Source of the DNA: Amoebidium appalachense
Taxonomy: Eukaryota; Protista; Ichthyosporea
NCBI GenBank assembly: GCA_963693365.1
Contig: CAVNZM010000006.1
Span: 6,179,264-6,243,263 of the forward strand
DNA: 64,000 nucleotides
Direction: 5' to 3'
In this document: positions 14,926 through 28,503 of the stretch, piece after piece
Numbering within the stretch: position 1 is the first letter of the stretch
Layout: each line of letters begins with the position of its first letter
Position numbers and translations under genes: made by a program
The notes under the pieces: model-generated
Seen by the model: the letters and a program-made list of their open reading frames with translations, nothing else
Told to the model about the DNA's origin: nothing
Database searches by the model: none

Positions 14926-15035
14926 TTCTTGCACACCTATGGATGTGGTTGTGCGTGTTTTCACACGAACTCATGCTCATACATGCTCGCACCAAAGCAT
15001 ACATGCACATGCACACGCTTGTCCAACAAACCCCG

Positions 15036-15069
<34 letters not shown>

Positions 15070-15333
15070 GGCGCCCTCCCTTCCCCCTGCAACTTCAACG
15101 GGATAAGAAAAACATGTTTCCTTTCTTCTTACCCAACAACTTGTCAATGTAAACATATATTCATTTTATTTCTTTTATCTATTTATCGATTTTCCTTTCT
15201 CAGGCTGCCGATGTAGTGGTGTTTGTTGTATCGTGCGAGGAGTCACCGGACGAATTTGGGGACTTGGCTCTGTCCTGCTGCAAGGCCCTCGGCTTGCCTG
15301 CCATAGCTTTCGTTGCACAGGTGTGCACTTTAC

Positions 15334-15370
<37 letters not shown>

Positions 15371-15763
15371 TTCCCCCCCCCCTCCCTCCCCTTCTCCATA
15401 GGTTAGGGAGTCGGGGAGCTTTGTAGAAGCCCGGCTTATGCTCTACTTCTTTGCTTGTTTTCTTTGGTTTTTGCTGCTTGCAGTTTTTGTAGACTCTGTT
15501 TTCTTAGATTGCTGCTCCTTGAACAACCTTGCTCGTCTTTGGCCAAGACGGGTGGACTCGCCTATTGCTGTTGAAACAAAGTATGGGTTGGGAACCACGC
15601 GCGAGAGGTCCCCTTGTGGAGGCATAGGAACCCCCCTGATGATGGGCTCTGTTCATGCCTGCACGCTTAATTGTTTTGATTTTGGATTTCCCACGTTTGT
15701 GACTTTTTGTTGATGCCCTTTGTTGTCTCCTCCATATTTCGAACCCTCTAATGCATACATCAA

Positions 15764-15794
<31 letters not shown>

Positions 15795-15843
15795 AAAAAA
15801 AAAAAACCTCAATCCTCCCCCCCCCCCCCCCTCTCCTCACATC

Positions 15844-15875
<32 letters not shown>

Positions 15876-16128
15876 TTTTGTTTTGGCTCCCCACTTTATG
15901 GAGGTCGAATACTCCTGACAAGATGTGTGGATCGTTAATCGAGGAAGGAGAGGGGCGGGGGGGGGGGGTTGTATCGTAGTTTGGGTGGAAGAAGGGTGAG
16001 GAGAGTTGTGAAGATGGAGGGAACGTGTCCACACGTGCGTGCGTGTGCTTTGCTCGTGCATTTGTGTGCGCACGCATGTGCATGTGTGTGTGGTGCGTGC
16101 GCACATGCTTATATGTACACACACACAC

Positions 16129-16185
<57 letters not shown>

Positions 16186-16825
16186 ATTCACATATCTGAC
16201 CTGCACACACCAAAAATAGGGCCTGGAGTCTATTCCGGGCAAGCGCAAGGCAGAAGTGAAAAAGGCTCTGTTGAAGTACGTCACGTTCAACTTCCCAGAA
16301 GAGGAAAAGGTCTTTGGTGTTGACACCGAAAACGTGAGTGTTTCTTTAATTAGTTTGTTGGGTGGGTGATGTTTTTTTTTAACTGAATGGGTGATGTCCT
16401 TTAAAACATATGCGCGCACACGCACCCCCTCCCCCCTCCCCCCCCCCCCCCCCCATCCGCCTTCATATAGGCATCAGCCACACATCCACACACAATGCAC
16501 GCGGGAGCGCACACATACATATACACACGTACACGTACACACACACGCACACGTACACACACCGACAAACACACACACACACACACACACACAGACACAC
16601 TCATACACACACACACACACACACATCTCTTGCCCCCGTTTCAGACACACTCACAGTCTCAATCTCTCTCTCTCTCCCTCTTTCTTGGCTCCACCCCCTT
16701 TCCTTGCCCCTCCCTCCTGCGAATTAGAGATGAACAGGCAGGTACGAATATGGGCGTGCATGCATGGAGACACACATGATGCATAGACGAACGTACACAT
16801 CAACACCACACACACACACACACAT

Positions 16826-16862
<37 letters not shown>

Positions 16863-17077
16863 CATTAACACTAACACTAACTCTAACAATAGTTTAACAC
16901 ACTCAGCTGCACGCGCGCGCGCACACACACACACACACTCACACAGCAAAGGGGCCACACATTTACACACAGAGAGAGAAGGGGGGGGGAAGGGAGGGAG
17001 GGGGGGGGAGGGAGGGGGGGGAGAGAGAGAGAGAGAGAGTGTGTGTGTGTGTGTGTGTGTTACCCAGACAAACACAA

Positions 17078-17113
<36 letters not shown>

Positions 17114-17202
17114 CTCCGCCGTCTCTTACATTGGCCTTCCCAAGAACGCCTCCATGTTAAGGCCTCTGGTGCTTCGTGTTGTGTGCCCCATTTAGACTTC
17201 CT

Positions 17203-17242
<40 letters not shown>

Positions 17243-17867
17243 TTCACCCTCCGCTTTACTTCCATGCAACCGGGCATGGTTGCTCTGTGTCGTGCATCTG
17301 TAAGCACTCATCTGTAAGCACATACGCATTTTTCGCTGCACTGCATTAGTTTGCACACACATCTTCACCGTTTTGCTCACCTTGCTTGCATAAGCAACCC
17401 TGCTCGTCTTTGATCAAGACGGGTTGACCCTCCCAAGTTCAGTTGATGCTGCTGTCTGAGTTGGAGAGTCGTATATACGCGGGCTAAGGGGTCGAAACTC
17501 AGACGCAATTGATGACTTGGGCCCTCCCTGAGGATGGGCTCTGCTTATGACGCATACTGTGCGTATGGCTGATGTTGCATACTTGAATGTTTGCCTTTGC
17601 ATGTGTCCGTCGTGTATGCATACCTCGTACCGTGTTCAGCATTCAAACCCCACTTCTCCCTCCCTCGCCATACCTCCCTCCCTCCCCCCTTCCATACTTG
17701 AATGTTTGCTTTGACATGTGTCCTGCACCGTGTTTCTTATGGTTTAGTCGTACTTTGTGCTGTGTTCCGCATTCTAACTCCCCTCCCCCCCATCCCCACC
17801 CCCATCCTCACCCCACCCTCCCCCAGCCCCCCACCCTCACAATTCAGGGACACACGCACGCGCCCGT

Positions 17868-17956
<89 letters not shown>

Positions 17957-18085
17957 AACACACACACACACAGGAGGGTATAGTCCTGTTGAGACATCTG
18001 AGCACCAAACGGAGGGAGCATGCGAGCTGGAGGGAGATTCACCCCTTCCTGCTGGCAGACACAGTCAACTACGTCCCTGCAGACC

Positions 18086-18150
<65 letters not shown>

Positions 18151-19010
18151 TGCAGTGATGGTGGGACAGGGGAGGTGAGGGGGGCTGCAATGGTGTGTGC
18201 ATTCGAGCATTGAAGCTAGGGAATTTGGGGGGGGGGGGGGGGGGAGGGGGGATGATGACTTCGTTTCGAGGGTGTCTACGCAATGCTGAGAAGGGCCTGC
18301 CTGATGCACCTATGATGTGCGATCTGAAAATTTTGATTGTTTTTAGGAAAAGGGCACGCTGGAGGTGACGGGCTACCTTCGGGGGGCCAATATGAACCCC
18401 AACTGGCTGGTGCACGTGCCAAACTGCGGCGATTTCCAAATCGAGAAGGTGGGTAGGTGTGGGTGGATGTGTTGGGATCGAAAGGGCGGAGGGGGGGGGG
18501 GGGGGGGGTAGGGAAGGATCCAGGAAGCAACAACCTACAACTTATGCTGTTTCTTTTAAGATTGTGCCCTGCCCAACTCATTTTGTATGAGTTATTAAGT
18601 GTGATGGCTGAGATGTGTATTTTTTATTTTGACTAGCTGAAATGTGTATTTTTGGCAAGTCAAGGCTAGCCGAAGTGTATTTTGAACAAGTTAAGCCTAA
18701 TTGAAATGTGCATCTTTAACAAGTCAAGACTAAGGAGTTTCCATTTTTAGTCCCATTTAGCAGCCACGTGTGAGAGATTGATGTTTGTACGCCTACACAT
18801 GTTATACTCTTGGTTAATTGATGTTTTTTTATTTTTTATTTTTTCTCATTCCAGATTATGGCGGAAACCGACCCCAACCCGCTGACAAAGCGGAAGCAGA
18901 AATCAGATGATGTAGGTCCCCCTTCCCCCTTTTCCCGCCCTGGGCACCCCGGCTCGGATTCTATCTCGCGCTTTCTCTCTCTCCCCCCCCCCCCCCCCCC
19001 CCCCCCCCCT

Positions 19011-19068
<58 letters not shown>

Positions 19069-19206
19069 CCCCTTCTCCCCCCCCCCCCCCCCCCCCGCCC
19101 TTCCTCTTTCTCTCTCCCCTCTACCCCCCTCCCTTTCCCTTTCCCAACCCCCCCCTTCGCCGTGGCCCGTTCCAATTGTCACTCTCGCACTCACCACACA
19201 CACACA

Positions 19207-19273
<67 letters not shown>

Positions 19274-19760
19274 GCCCGCTCACTCACTCACTCACTTCCT
19301 CCCCCCCCCCCCTCCCCCCCTTTCTCCACTAATCCTCTTCACGCCCCTCCCCCTCTCCCCCCCCCCCCCCCCCCGGGGGGCTTTCTCTCGCTCTTGCCCC
19401 CCCCCCCCCCCCCCCCCCGTCCCTCTTTCTCCTGCCTTTCTCGCTTCTCTACTTTCTTTCCCTCCCCCCCCCCCCCCCCCCCCCCCTCCCCTCCCTCCCT
19501 CCTCCTCCCCGCCCGCTTGGCCTCAACTGGTGTGTTTAGATACACACCTATGGGAAATGGTGGGAGAAAAGTAGAAAACAAAAAGTGACGGGAAGTAGAT
19601 ACATAAGCCAAAGCCACTCACACCCTGTGCCTCCACAGAGCGACATGCAAGGCACAGAACCCCAAGTCATCGGCGCGCCCGACCCAGAGAAACAGGTTTG
19701 GACCCCCTCCTCCCCCTTCCCTCCTCCCCCCTCCCCCCCCCCCCCCCCCTTCCCCTTCCC

Positions 19761-19800
<40 letters not shown>

Positions 19801-19873
19801 GAAAGAAAAAGAAAATCGAAACTCGGGTACTGGGCGTAAGTGGGAATGACTTGCCCCTCACCCCCCTCCCCCC

Positions 19874-19910
<37 letters not shown>

Positions 19911-20410
19911 TCCTCCCCTCCCCCCACACACACCCAAGCAGCATGTTTTCTGCTATGATGCTACTATTTGCAATCTGCACTGTGCTGCCTGTCGTGAATG
20001 TGTACTTTGCAAATATAACCTCCCTCCCCATCCCCCCCCCCCCCCCCCCCCCCCCGCCTCCCCTCCCGCCCCTCCCTCCGCGATTTTCCGGTAAGTTAGT
20101 TTCCGTTTTCCTGTTGTGTGTCTGTTCTTCCCTTTATACACATATGTTATGATTCTTCCTCACCCTCTAATGCATCCCTTCATCCCCTCCCCTCCCCCCC
20201 CCCCCTCTACCCCCTCTCCCTCCGGGTGAAATGCCCAATTTCCCAGTCCCTTCCCACCCTCTTTCTCATCCACACTCGTTTGGTGTCACCTTTTTGATCT
20301 TTGCTTTCCGTGTTTCCCATCATCTCCTGCGTATATATACTCCCCTCCACCTCCCCCCCCCCCCCCCCCCCTCTCCCTCCTCCTCCTCCTCCCCCTCCCT
20401 TCCCCCCCCC

Positions 20411-20459
<49 letters not shown>

Positions 20460-21178
20460 GTAACTTGCACGCTCAGGAGTCTCTCCAATCAGAGCTCGAG
20501 CCCGACCCGATGGATGCCGAACAGGTCCACCCCACAGAGGAGGAAATGATGGCCGGAGAGGGTCAGTGAAATTTCACTCCCACCGTGTCCATAGAACCCC
20601 CTTGCCCCCCCCCCCCTCCCCCCCCCCCCCCCGCAACCAAAACAGCCCCGTCTTTCTGGATGATTGCATGGGATACCGAATCCCCCCCCTTTCTCCCTCC
20701 GCTCTGCTGATGACGCATACTTTGCGCATTGCTGATGTCACATACTTGAATGTTTTCCTTTGCATGTGTCCTGCACCATGCTTCTCGTCGTGTATATGTA
20801 CTTCGTACCGTGTTCCGCATTCAAACATCCCTCTCCCTCCCCCCCCAGCCCCTCCCCCCCCCCCCCCCCCCCCCCACACACACACAAAAAAAAAAAAAGA
20901 AAGAAAGAAAACGTGGTGATGGTGGTGGTGGTGGTGGGGGGGGGGGGGGGGGGGGGGGGGAGCAAAATCTACGTTGTGTTGTCCGTAGTGAAATGTGCCG
21001 TACTCTTTTACGCATGTCAAATCCCCTGGGGAAAGGTGGGGACGGGAGGGGGGTTTCATATTTTTTGACTCATTTGTTTTTGCGCAGAGCGCATGGCTGC
21101 CCTGCAAAGAAAGCCAAAGATCAAGCGAGTGCCAAAGGGGACATCCTCGTACCAGGCTGCGTGGATCGTGGAGGAGGT

Positions 21179-21215
<37 letters not shown>

Positions 21216-21305
21216 GGGGGGAGGGGAGATGGGGGGGAGGGGGTGTGTGTTTGGCCGTAGGGAGTACTGGTGAGGAAGGGTTGATGGCTGGGGTGGAGGG
21301 GGAAA

Positions 21306-21339
<34 letters not shown>

Positions 21340-21444
21340 TTTGACCGTCTATCCGTTTCTAATATCTTCATATGTGTGTGTGTCTCTGCCGAAAAATGAG
21401 AAGCTACAATACATTCAGAGGGAAATAACTGAGGGTAGGAAAAG

Positions 21445-21479
<35 letters not shown>

Positions 21480-22526
21480 GTGTTGAGTTCTTTGTCAGTT
21501 TCTCTTGGTGTGGCGTGACATAGTATAATACACCTAACTTAAGTATGACGTTAGACGAGAGCTGGGCAATGTCTGGTGTTTCCGATACACGAGGAAGGCC
21601 TTCTGCCTGGTGCATGTTTTTTTTTCACCAATAAGAATTCTAGAGAAATGCCGATGGCGCGGTCTATCGTCATTATAGGACACGCTGACGTCAAACGATA
21701 TTTTAAGATAATAATTTTTATTTAAATGAAATGCACCATTTTCATATAAAGAGGCTCTATTGAACTGCCGACACGGTCGTTACCCAATGTGCTGATGTTA
21801 ATGTGGGGCAGGATCTTGATGATGACGAGGAGGATCTTACGGATGTCGACGAGGCAGGGTCGGATGACGACAGGATGAGCATGTACAGCTATGCCGGCAG
21901 TGGGGGGGAGGAAGGTGTGTGTGTGTGTGTGTGTGTTTGGTGTGTGTGTGCGCGCGCGCACGAGGGGAGGGGGGCCGTTGGGTGGGGTGAGTGGATGGAG
22001 TGCGTGTGAGTGGGTGGGCGGGTGGGTGGGTGGTGGAGGGTGTTTGGGGGGGGGGGGGGGGGGGGGGGGGGGAGCGAATGGGTCTATATGTGTTGTGTGT
22101 ATGAGTGCGTGTTGATGTGAGTGTATATTCATGGATGTGAGTTGGTGTTGGAAGCAAGGGGATGCTATATGTATGAAAGGTTTTTTGGAACCGACGTCTG
22201 TACAGAAAACCTCATTGTGCCCAATTTTTCTCTCACTCTTTCCGCTCTTATCTCTTTCTCTCTGCCCCCCTCCCCCTCCCCCCCCCTCCGTCAACCACCA
22301 CCACTACCATCACTTCCCTTTTCCTTCTTTCCCCTCAGTAATCACACGCAATACTAAGGTGATGGTTTGAGATGGGTGGAAACGTGGGGTTTTTCAGGTG
22401 GAAACGTGTGGCAGATGGCGAAGCAATAAGACAACAAATGCAGATGTGTGTGTATGTGTGTGTGTGTGTGTGTTTGTGTTGCGCGCGCCGTGTGCGCACG
22501 GTTTTTTTGGGGGGGAGAGGAGGGGT

Positions 22527-22559
<33 letters not shown>

Positions 22560-22965
22560 GCGGATGAATAAAGCATTGTTCTTTTCTGCCAACATCGATA
22601 TAGTATATAGTTTATTTGCCAGTAACCGTGGTACCATCCTAACATCGTTTCAAATTTCAGAGGAGTTTGACGTGTCGGACACGGAGTATGAGGAGATAGT
22701 CGAGGGGGAGGCGGAGGACAAAAACTACGACGACCAGATGGACTATGAGAAGGACGCACAGGAGTACGTGGGCAAGCGCGTGCACACATGCACACGCACA
22801 CACACACGTACACACATGCACACGCATGTGCATCATATAACACTAATTCTAATACGGGAAGATAAAAACACACGGGTGGACGTGTGTGCTACCATGCACT
22901 GCACCACACCGTGTGTTGTCAGTAAAATGGAAATGTGCAGGCCCGCGTGCACACATGTGCGCACA

Positions 22966-22996
<31 letters not shown>

Positions 22997-23139
22997 GCAA
23001 TACACACACACACTCACTGTTAACTCATCATCACCAGAAGACACATATGCACACGCACGCGTGCATGTACAACTAACACGTTCCATACAGATTTTTTCTC
23101 ATATCCATCTATCGTTTTACCCATCCCCCTCATCCTCCC

Positions 23140-23182
<43 letters not shown>

Positions 23183-23191
23183 AAAAAATGT

Positions 23192-23253
<62 letters not shown>

Positions 23254-23258
23254 GCGTG

Positions 23259-23321
<63 letters not shown>

Positions 23322-23798
23322 ATACATACATACGTACATACATATATTCCTACCTTATATATATATATGATCAAGCTACTGTATTTCATTGGCATCGGCA
23401 TTGTTGATCAGACATTACCCTCAAGACAAAAACAAATCTTTAACTTTGTGTAGGCCGGAGCAGGAATGTGTCTACACGAGCAGAATCACACGTGCTCTAA
23501 TGATGCACGCAAACGAGTCACACAAAAACAGTGTGCAATCCTCGTAGAAAGCTTACAGAAATCATGTTGCTCCCCGGTTTGCCGTTGCTTTGAGACAGAA
23601 TGTGCGGACTCTTGGTAAGACATGTGTGCATACATCCACCACACACGCACACACAAAATAATGCACACACACGCACATGCGCGCGCGCGATCCATTCTTC
23701 TATCGAAAAACAACGTACAATTAACTTGTCCACATATGCAAATGCACACACTCCCTTGCCAACAACCCCTCCCTCCCTCCCATCTTCCCCCCCACCAA

Positions 23799-23839
<41 letters not shown>

Positions 23840-24298
23840 ACACACACAGGCGGGCAGAGCTCAAGAAAGCACGTGAAGCTGAGGACCTTGAATTCCCGGA
23901 CGAAATGGACACCCCAGTGGATATGCCAGCAAGGATTCGCTTCCAAAAGTGAGTTCCCCCGCCCGCCCCCCTCCCCTCCCGCTTTTCCTTATAACACCAC
24001 CACCAGGCTTGGAATCGTCTGCCGACTTGCAGTTCACTTGTTTGCTTTACTCACTGCACGCACTTTGTTACAGATTCCGCGGGTTGGAAAGCTTCCGAAC
24101 GAGTCCATGGGATCCGAAGGAGTCCCTCCCCTACGACTATGCGAGGATATTCCAATTCGAAAATATGAAGTTGACTCAAAGGAGGGTGAAGGATGATGTG
24201 AAGGAGGGAGTACAGGTGCGTGCCAGCTTGGATGTGTCTTATCCTTTCCCCCCCCCCCCCCCCCCCCCCCCCCCCTCTCTCCTTGCACACACACCTAT

Positions 24299-24362
<64 letters not shown>

Positions 24363-25510
24363 AAAGAAAAGAGGGAGGAGGGGTCATTCTTGTTGTAGGC
24401 ACGTATAATTTGGGTCCCCATTGAGCATGGGCCCATTTTGCTGGTTGTTTGCATGTTTTCACTCCCTTGTTGTGTATCATTCACTGTTTGCATTCTTTTG
24501 TGTTTGTGCATGGCCTTCTACCTTTTAACCCTTTCATGACCCACACAGGTTGGCCAGTATGTCAAGATCTTGATTAAGGATTTCCCTGCTGCATCCATGG
24601 GTAAAAACTTCCCTTTCCCCCTGCTTCCACCCCCCTCCCCCCCCCCCCCCCTCCCCCACCCACCCACCCACCCCCCCACCCACCCATCCACCCACCCTCT
24701 CTCTTTCTCTTTCCTCTTTCCTCTTTCCTCTTTGCGGTGGGGGGGGGGGGGGGGGGGGGGTGCATTTCGTGTTGTTGCACCAACCAGCAATCGATACCCC
24801 TCCTGCTCTCCCCCCTCTTATCAGCAGACAAGCCATCTCTTTTGAGTATATCTCCCAGCATCCCCATTTTCTCCCAAGTCTGTATTTAGACAGCAAACAA
24901 ACGGTGGCCCAAAAACATAAATTCTTACCACACAATTCCCCCCCCCCCCCCCCCCCCCCCCCCCCTGGCTGATGTTGCATACTTGAATGTTTGCGTGCGT
25001 GTGTCCTGCACCATGCTTCTCATCGTGTATGCGTACTTCGTACCGTGTTCCGCATTCAAACCCCCCCAGTCTTCTTTCAGAGGTGTCCTTTCAGGACAGA
25101 CCACTGTGTGGAGACCGCTTTACTTCCATGCGACCGGGCATGGTTGCTCTGTGTCGTGCATCTGTAAGCACATACACATTTTTCGCTGCACTGCATTAGT
25201 TTGCACACACATCTTCACCGTTTTGCTCACCTTGCTTGCATAAGCAACCCTGCTCGTCTTTGATCAAGACGGGTTGACCCTCCCAAGTTCAGTTGATGCT
25301 GCTGTCTGAGTTGGAGAGTCGTATATACGCGGGCTAAGGGGTCGAAACTCAGACGCAATTGATGACTTGGGCCCTCCCTGAGGATGGGCTCTGCTTATGA
25401 CGCATACTGTGCGCATGGCTGATGTTGCATACTTGAATGTTTGCCTTTGCATGTGTCCTGCACCATGCTTCTCATCGTGTATACGTACTTCGTACCATGT
25501 TCCGCATTCA

Positions 25511-25541
<31 letters not shown>

Positions 25542-26098
25542 TAAAATTAATTCTAACCGTGTGGTGTTCAGTATATAATTCATTATAACTTTTTAAAATT
25601 AAATTTTATAATTGGTCCCTTTTCCAGAGTTGGTGCGTAAAACCAGCCCGCTGGTGCTTGCCGGTCTGCTGCGGCACGAGAACAAGATGTCAGTGCTAAA
25701 TATGGCAATAAGGCGCCACCAGGCCAACGAAGAGCCAATCAGGAGCAAGGTGCGTTGCTATGAAGATGTGTGTTCGGTGCTGTTGTTGTTGGAAGTCCCC
25801 CGGAGGGTTGGGGGGGGGGGGGGGGGGGGGGGGGGCTGTGTGTTAGGGGGGGGGGGGGGGGGGGAGTTGCCACTCTCCCGTGTGTGTGTGTGTATGTGTG
25901 TGTGTGTGTGTGTGTGTTCATATTTGTGTGATTTTGCGGTTATGTCCTGTTCTGTTTGGGGTTTTGGAGTGGTGTTTAGGTGTATGTGATCTGTGTGTGT
26001 TTGTGGTTGGGTCTTTAAGTGAGGGTTTGGTGTGTGGGTGAGTGGATATTTTGTCATGTTGAATTATTATTATTATTAAATCTTTTTGTGTGTGTCTG

Positions 26099-26132
<34 letters not shown>

Positions 26133-26325
26133 GAAGGAGATGGGAACACGATGGCAGAAAGGTGTTTAATTATCTAGAAGGGACATACATAAATGACTTT
26201 AACAAATTTTTCTGATTGGCGCTTGCAGGAGCAACTCGTGTTCGTTACCCCCATGAGGAGGTTCCAGGCCGGTGCCGTCTTCTCACAGCACACACGCGGC
26301 GACAAGCACAAGTTCGAGAGGTGTG

Positions 26326-26406
<81 letters not shown>

Positions 26407-26463
26407 CGTGTGCGTGTGCGCGCGTGTGTGTGTGTGTGCTTGGATATTCCCTCTCCCCAACAC

Positions 26464-26494
<31 letters not shown>

Positions 26495-27134
26495 AAAAAA
26501 AAAAAAAGGGAAAACACACATGCACGCTGTGCATGACATGTCCCCCTGCCTGTAGATGATCTCTGCTTATGATGCATACTCTTGGCATATGCTCATTTAT
26601 GTAAAGTCTGCACTGTCTTGTCCGTGGTAAATGTGTCCTTTGTTTTCCTCTAGCACATTCAAGTCTCCCCCTTCCTCCCCCTCACTTTCGTGACCCGAGT
26701 GTGCATAATATGCGGCGGGGGCTAGATTACGTGTGTGTATGAGCGTGTGTGTGTGTCTGTCTGTCTGTCTGTGTGTGCGTGGGTGGGTGTGTGGTGTGGG
26801 TGGGTGTGGGTGGGTGGGTGGGTGGGTGGGTGAGTTGGGCCTTGAGGGCAGGCCCTCTGCTTGTGTTACACACAAACTCTAAGGATGGGTTGGTATCTAG
26901 CAGATCTCATCTTGCTGGCATTGCTGGCATGAATTTTATTCAATCCCATCTCTCTGGCATGATATCTATCCAATTTCATCTTGCTGACTTGACCTTTATC
27001 CAATCAGGTTCCTGCATCTTGCCAGGCCCACCGTGGCCACGGTGTATGCCCCTGTGCACTTCAGCCCCTGCCCAGTGCTCGTTTTCAAGCAGGACGAAGG
27101 TGGGCGCACGCGCGCACACACACACACACACACA

Positions 27135-27194
<60 letters not shown>

Positions 27195-28004
27195 GTCATC
27201 ATCATAAGGAAAGGAAAAGTCGCAGTTGTTGATTTTAAAGTAAAAGGGTACACACGGTTTGTTAAAAGGGATCCATTCCGTACTGTAATGTCAGGAGATT
27301 CGAGTGATGCGATTGTGCTAAAAAAAATTTGGGATGCGTATCAGATCGAGATCGACCAGATTCCATAATTGATCCAGCCAATCAGTAGAGGCCAAACAGC
27401 CCGAAAGTTTAACTTTCACCATAGATCGCTTGTGGATTGTGGGGAAATGAACACGCACACCAGGGGAGAAGCTGAAACTTCAATTATAAAGTGGGAGGTT
27501 ATAAGTTATTTTGAAAAGGTGGCAACCTGGGAGGGGGGGGGAGGGGGGGGGGGGGGGGGATGGGAACCATCCCACTAATCTATGCTGCCGCATCCCACTA
27601 AGAGAGAATTTCAATAATGCATACGAGGGGTTTATGCTATCCCACTAATATAAGTTGCCGCGTACCACCAGGCGAACTGCGTCTTGTTGCCACGGGCAGC
27701 GTTCTGTCTGTCGATCCCGACCGGATCGTCCTCAAGAGGTACATGCTGTCGGGCCACCCGTACAAGATCAACATCAAGACCGCCGTGATCCGCTTCATGT
27801 TCTACAGTAGAGGTGCTTGTTCTACTTCATTATGTGATGCTGCATGCTCTTTCCCTTTTGGGGGGTGATCGGTGCTCACACGTGCACATACACACACACA
27901 CACGCACACACACACACATTTCGCCCAACCCCCAAACCACTCCCTTGAAGAAAAAAAAAAAACAGCCCTGCCTGTGTACTTCCGTCCCCTTCTCTCCCCT
28001 TCCC

Positions 28005-28041
<37 letters not shown>

Positions 28042-28503
28042 AGCCTTCCCCTCCTACGTTTCTTTTGCGATGGACTCTGTTCATATTGCTTTACCGCGTT
28101 TTTAAATTTGACGGCGTGAAACCACTTTTAGTCTGTATGTAGCAATCAAGACAATATGATTGGTCGTCAACATCCAGTTACTGACCTAACTAAATTTGGT
28201 TATTTAACAGCGGACATTGAATGGTTCAAGCCTATCGAGCTGCACACCAAGCACGGCCTGAGGGGCCACATTAAAGAACCGCTGGGCACCCACGGGCACA
28301 TGAAGTGCTCCTTTAACGGAAAAATGCGGAGCGACGACACTGTGTGCATGAACCTCTACAAGAGGGTTTATCCCAAATGGAACTACTCCCTGCACGTGCA
28401 TATCCCCAAAATTTCGACCGGCGGCGTTATGTCTGCGGCGGCCGGGAACGGCGGACGGGCGTTGCTGGGTGGCGAAAACGGCGGCGATGCTATGGATATG
28501 TGA
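11646..28503 (+). CDS. TSR1: Pre-rRNA-processing protein TSR1 (BMS1/TSR1 family), 21 exons
   Basis: Phase-consistent GT-AG exons: 11646-11754, 12787-12944, 14299-14514, 15204-15320, 16220-16333, 17974-18087, 18347-18448, 18855-18911, 19639-19695, 20477-20561, 21088-21176, 21812-21914, 22661-22763, 23850-23948, 24074-24215, 24549-24600, 25628-25749, 26229-26320, 27008-27099, 27672-27812, 28211-28503. Diagnostic motifs: [93 protein letters not shown]. Confidence 0.97.
13871..14091 (+). mobile_element. 5'-truncated copy of the structured repeat
   Basis: Matches about 25292-25510 and ends CCGCATTCAAA followed by a long poly(C) run. Confidence 0.8.
15524..15656 (+). mobile_element. Divergent variant of the structured-repeat core
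   Basis: Flanks CAACCYTGCTCGTCTTTGRYCAAGACGGGTKGACYC and CCCTGAKGATGGGCTCTG are conserved, but the internal segment is unrelated. Confidence 0.6.
17251..17778 (+). mobile_element. Copy of the structured repeat (17251-17647) plus a second 3' fragment (17693-17778)
   Basis: Direct sequence match to about 25115-25510 with an internal deletion. The main copy ends CATTCAAACCCC. Confidence 0.8.
18605..18733. repeat. ~32-33 bp minisatellite, about 4 degenerate units
   Basis: Units resemble TAGCTGAAATGTGTATTTTTGGCAAGTCAAGGC. Confidence 0.7.
20701..20825 (+). mobile_element. 5'-truncated copy of the structured repeat
   Basis: GCTCTGCTGATGACGCATAC...TTCCGCATTCAAAC followed by a C-rich tract. Confidence 0.75.
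24966..25060 (+). mobile_element. 5'-truncated copy of the structured repeat
   Basis: TGGCTGATGTTGCATAC...CGCATTCAAA followed by C7. Confidence 0.75.
25068..25510 (+). mobile_element. Longest copy (~440 bp) of a structured, poly(C)-terminated SINE-like repeat
   Basis: Near-identical to 17251-17647, contains many hairpins, and ends CCGCATTCA followed by poly(C). It is preceded head-to-tail by a 3' fragment at 24966-25060. Confidence 0.8.
26903..27005. repeat. ~31 bp minisatellite, 3 degenerate units abutting a TSR1 acceptor
   Basis: Units resemble CAATYTCATCTTGCTGGCATGAYYTTTATC. Confidence 0.6.

Noticed and set aside
17528-17560. Hammerhead-like CUGANGA followed by a stem in the structured repeat
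   Set aside because: No GAAA follows stem II, and the relative at ~3290 lacks CUGA, so this is not a canonical hammerhead.
17500-17575. Box C (TGATGA) and box D (CTGA) suggesting a C/D snoRNA
   Set aside because: The box C-like word lies inside a long stem and there is no terminal stem. The truncation pattern fits a retroposon better.
17414-17602. Recurrent 62-aa [15 protein letters not shown]... (also at 13732, 25264, 63358)
   Set aside because: It is the antisense reading of the repeat. It recurs only because the DNA is repeated and has no protein motif.
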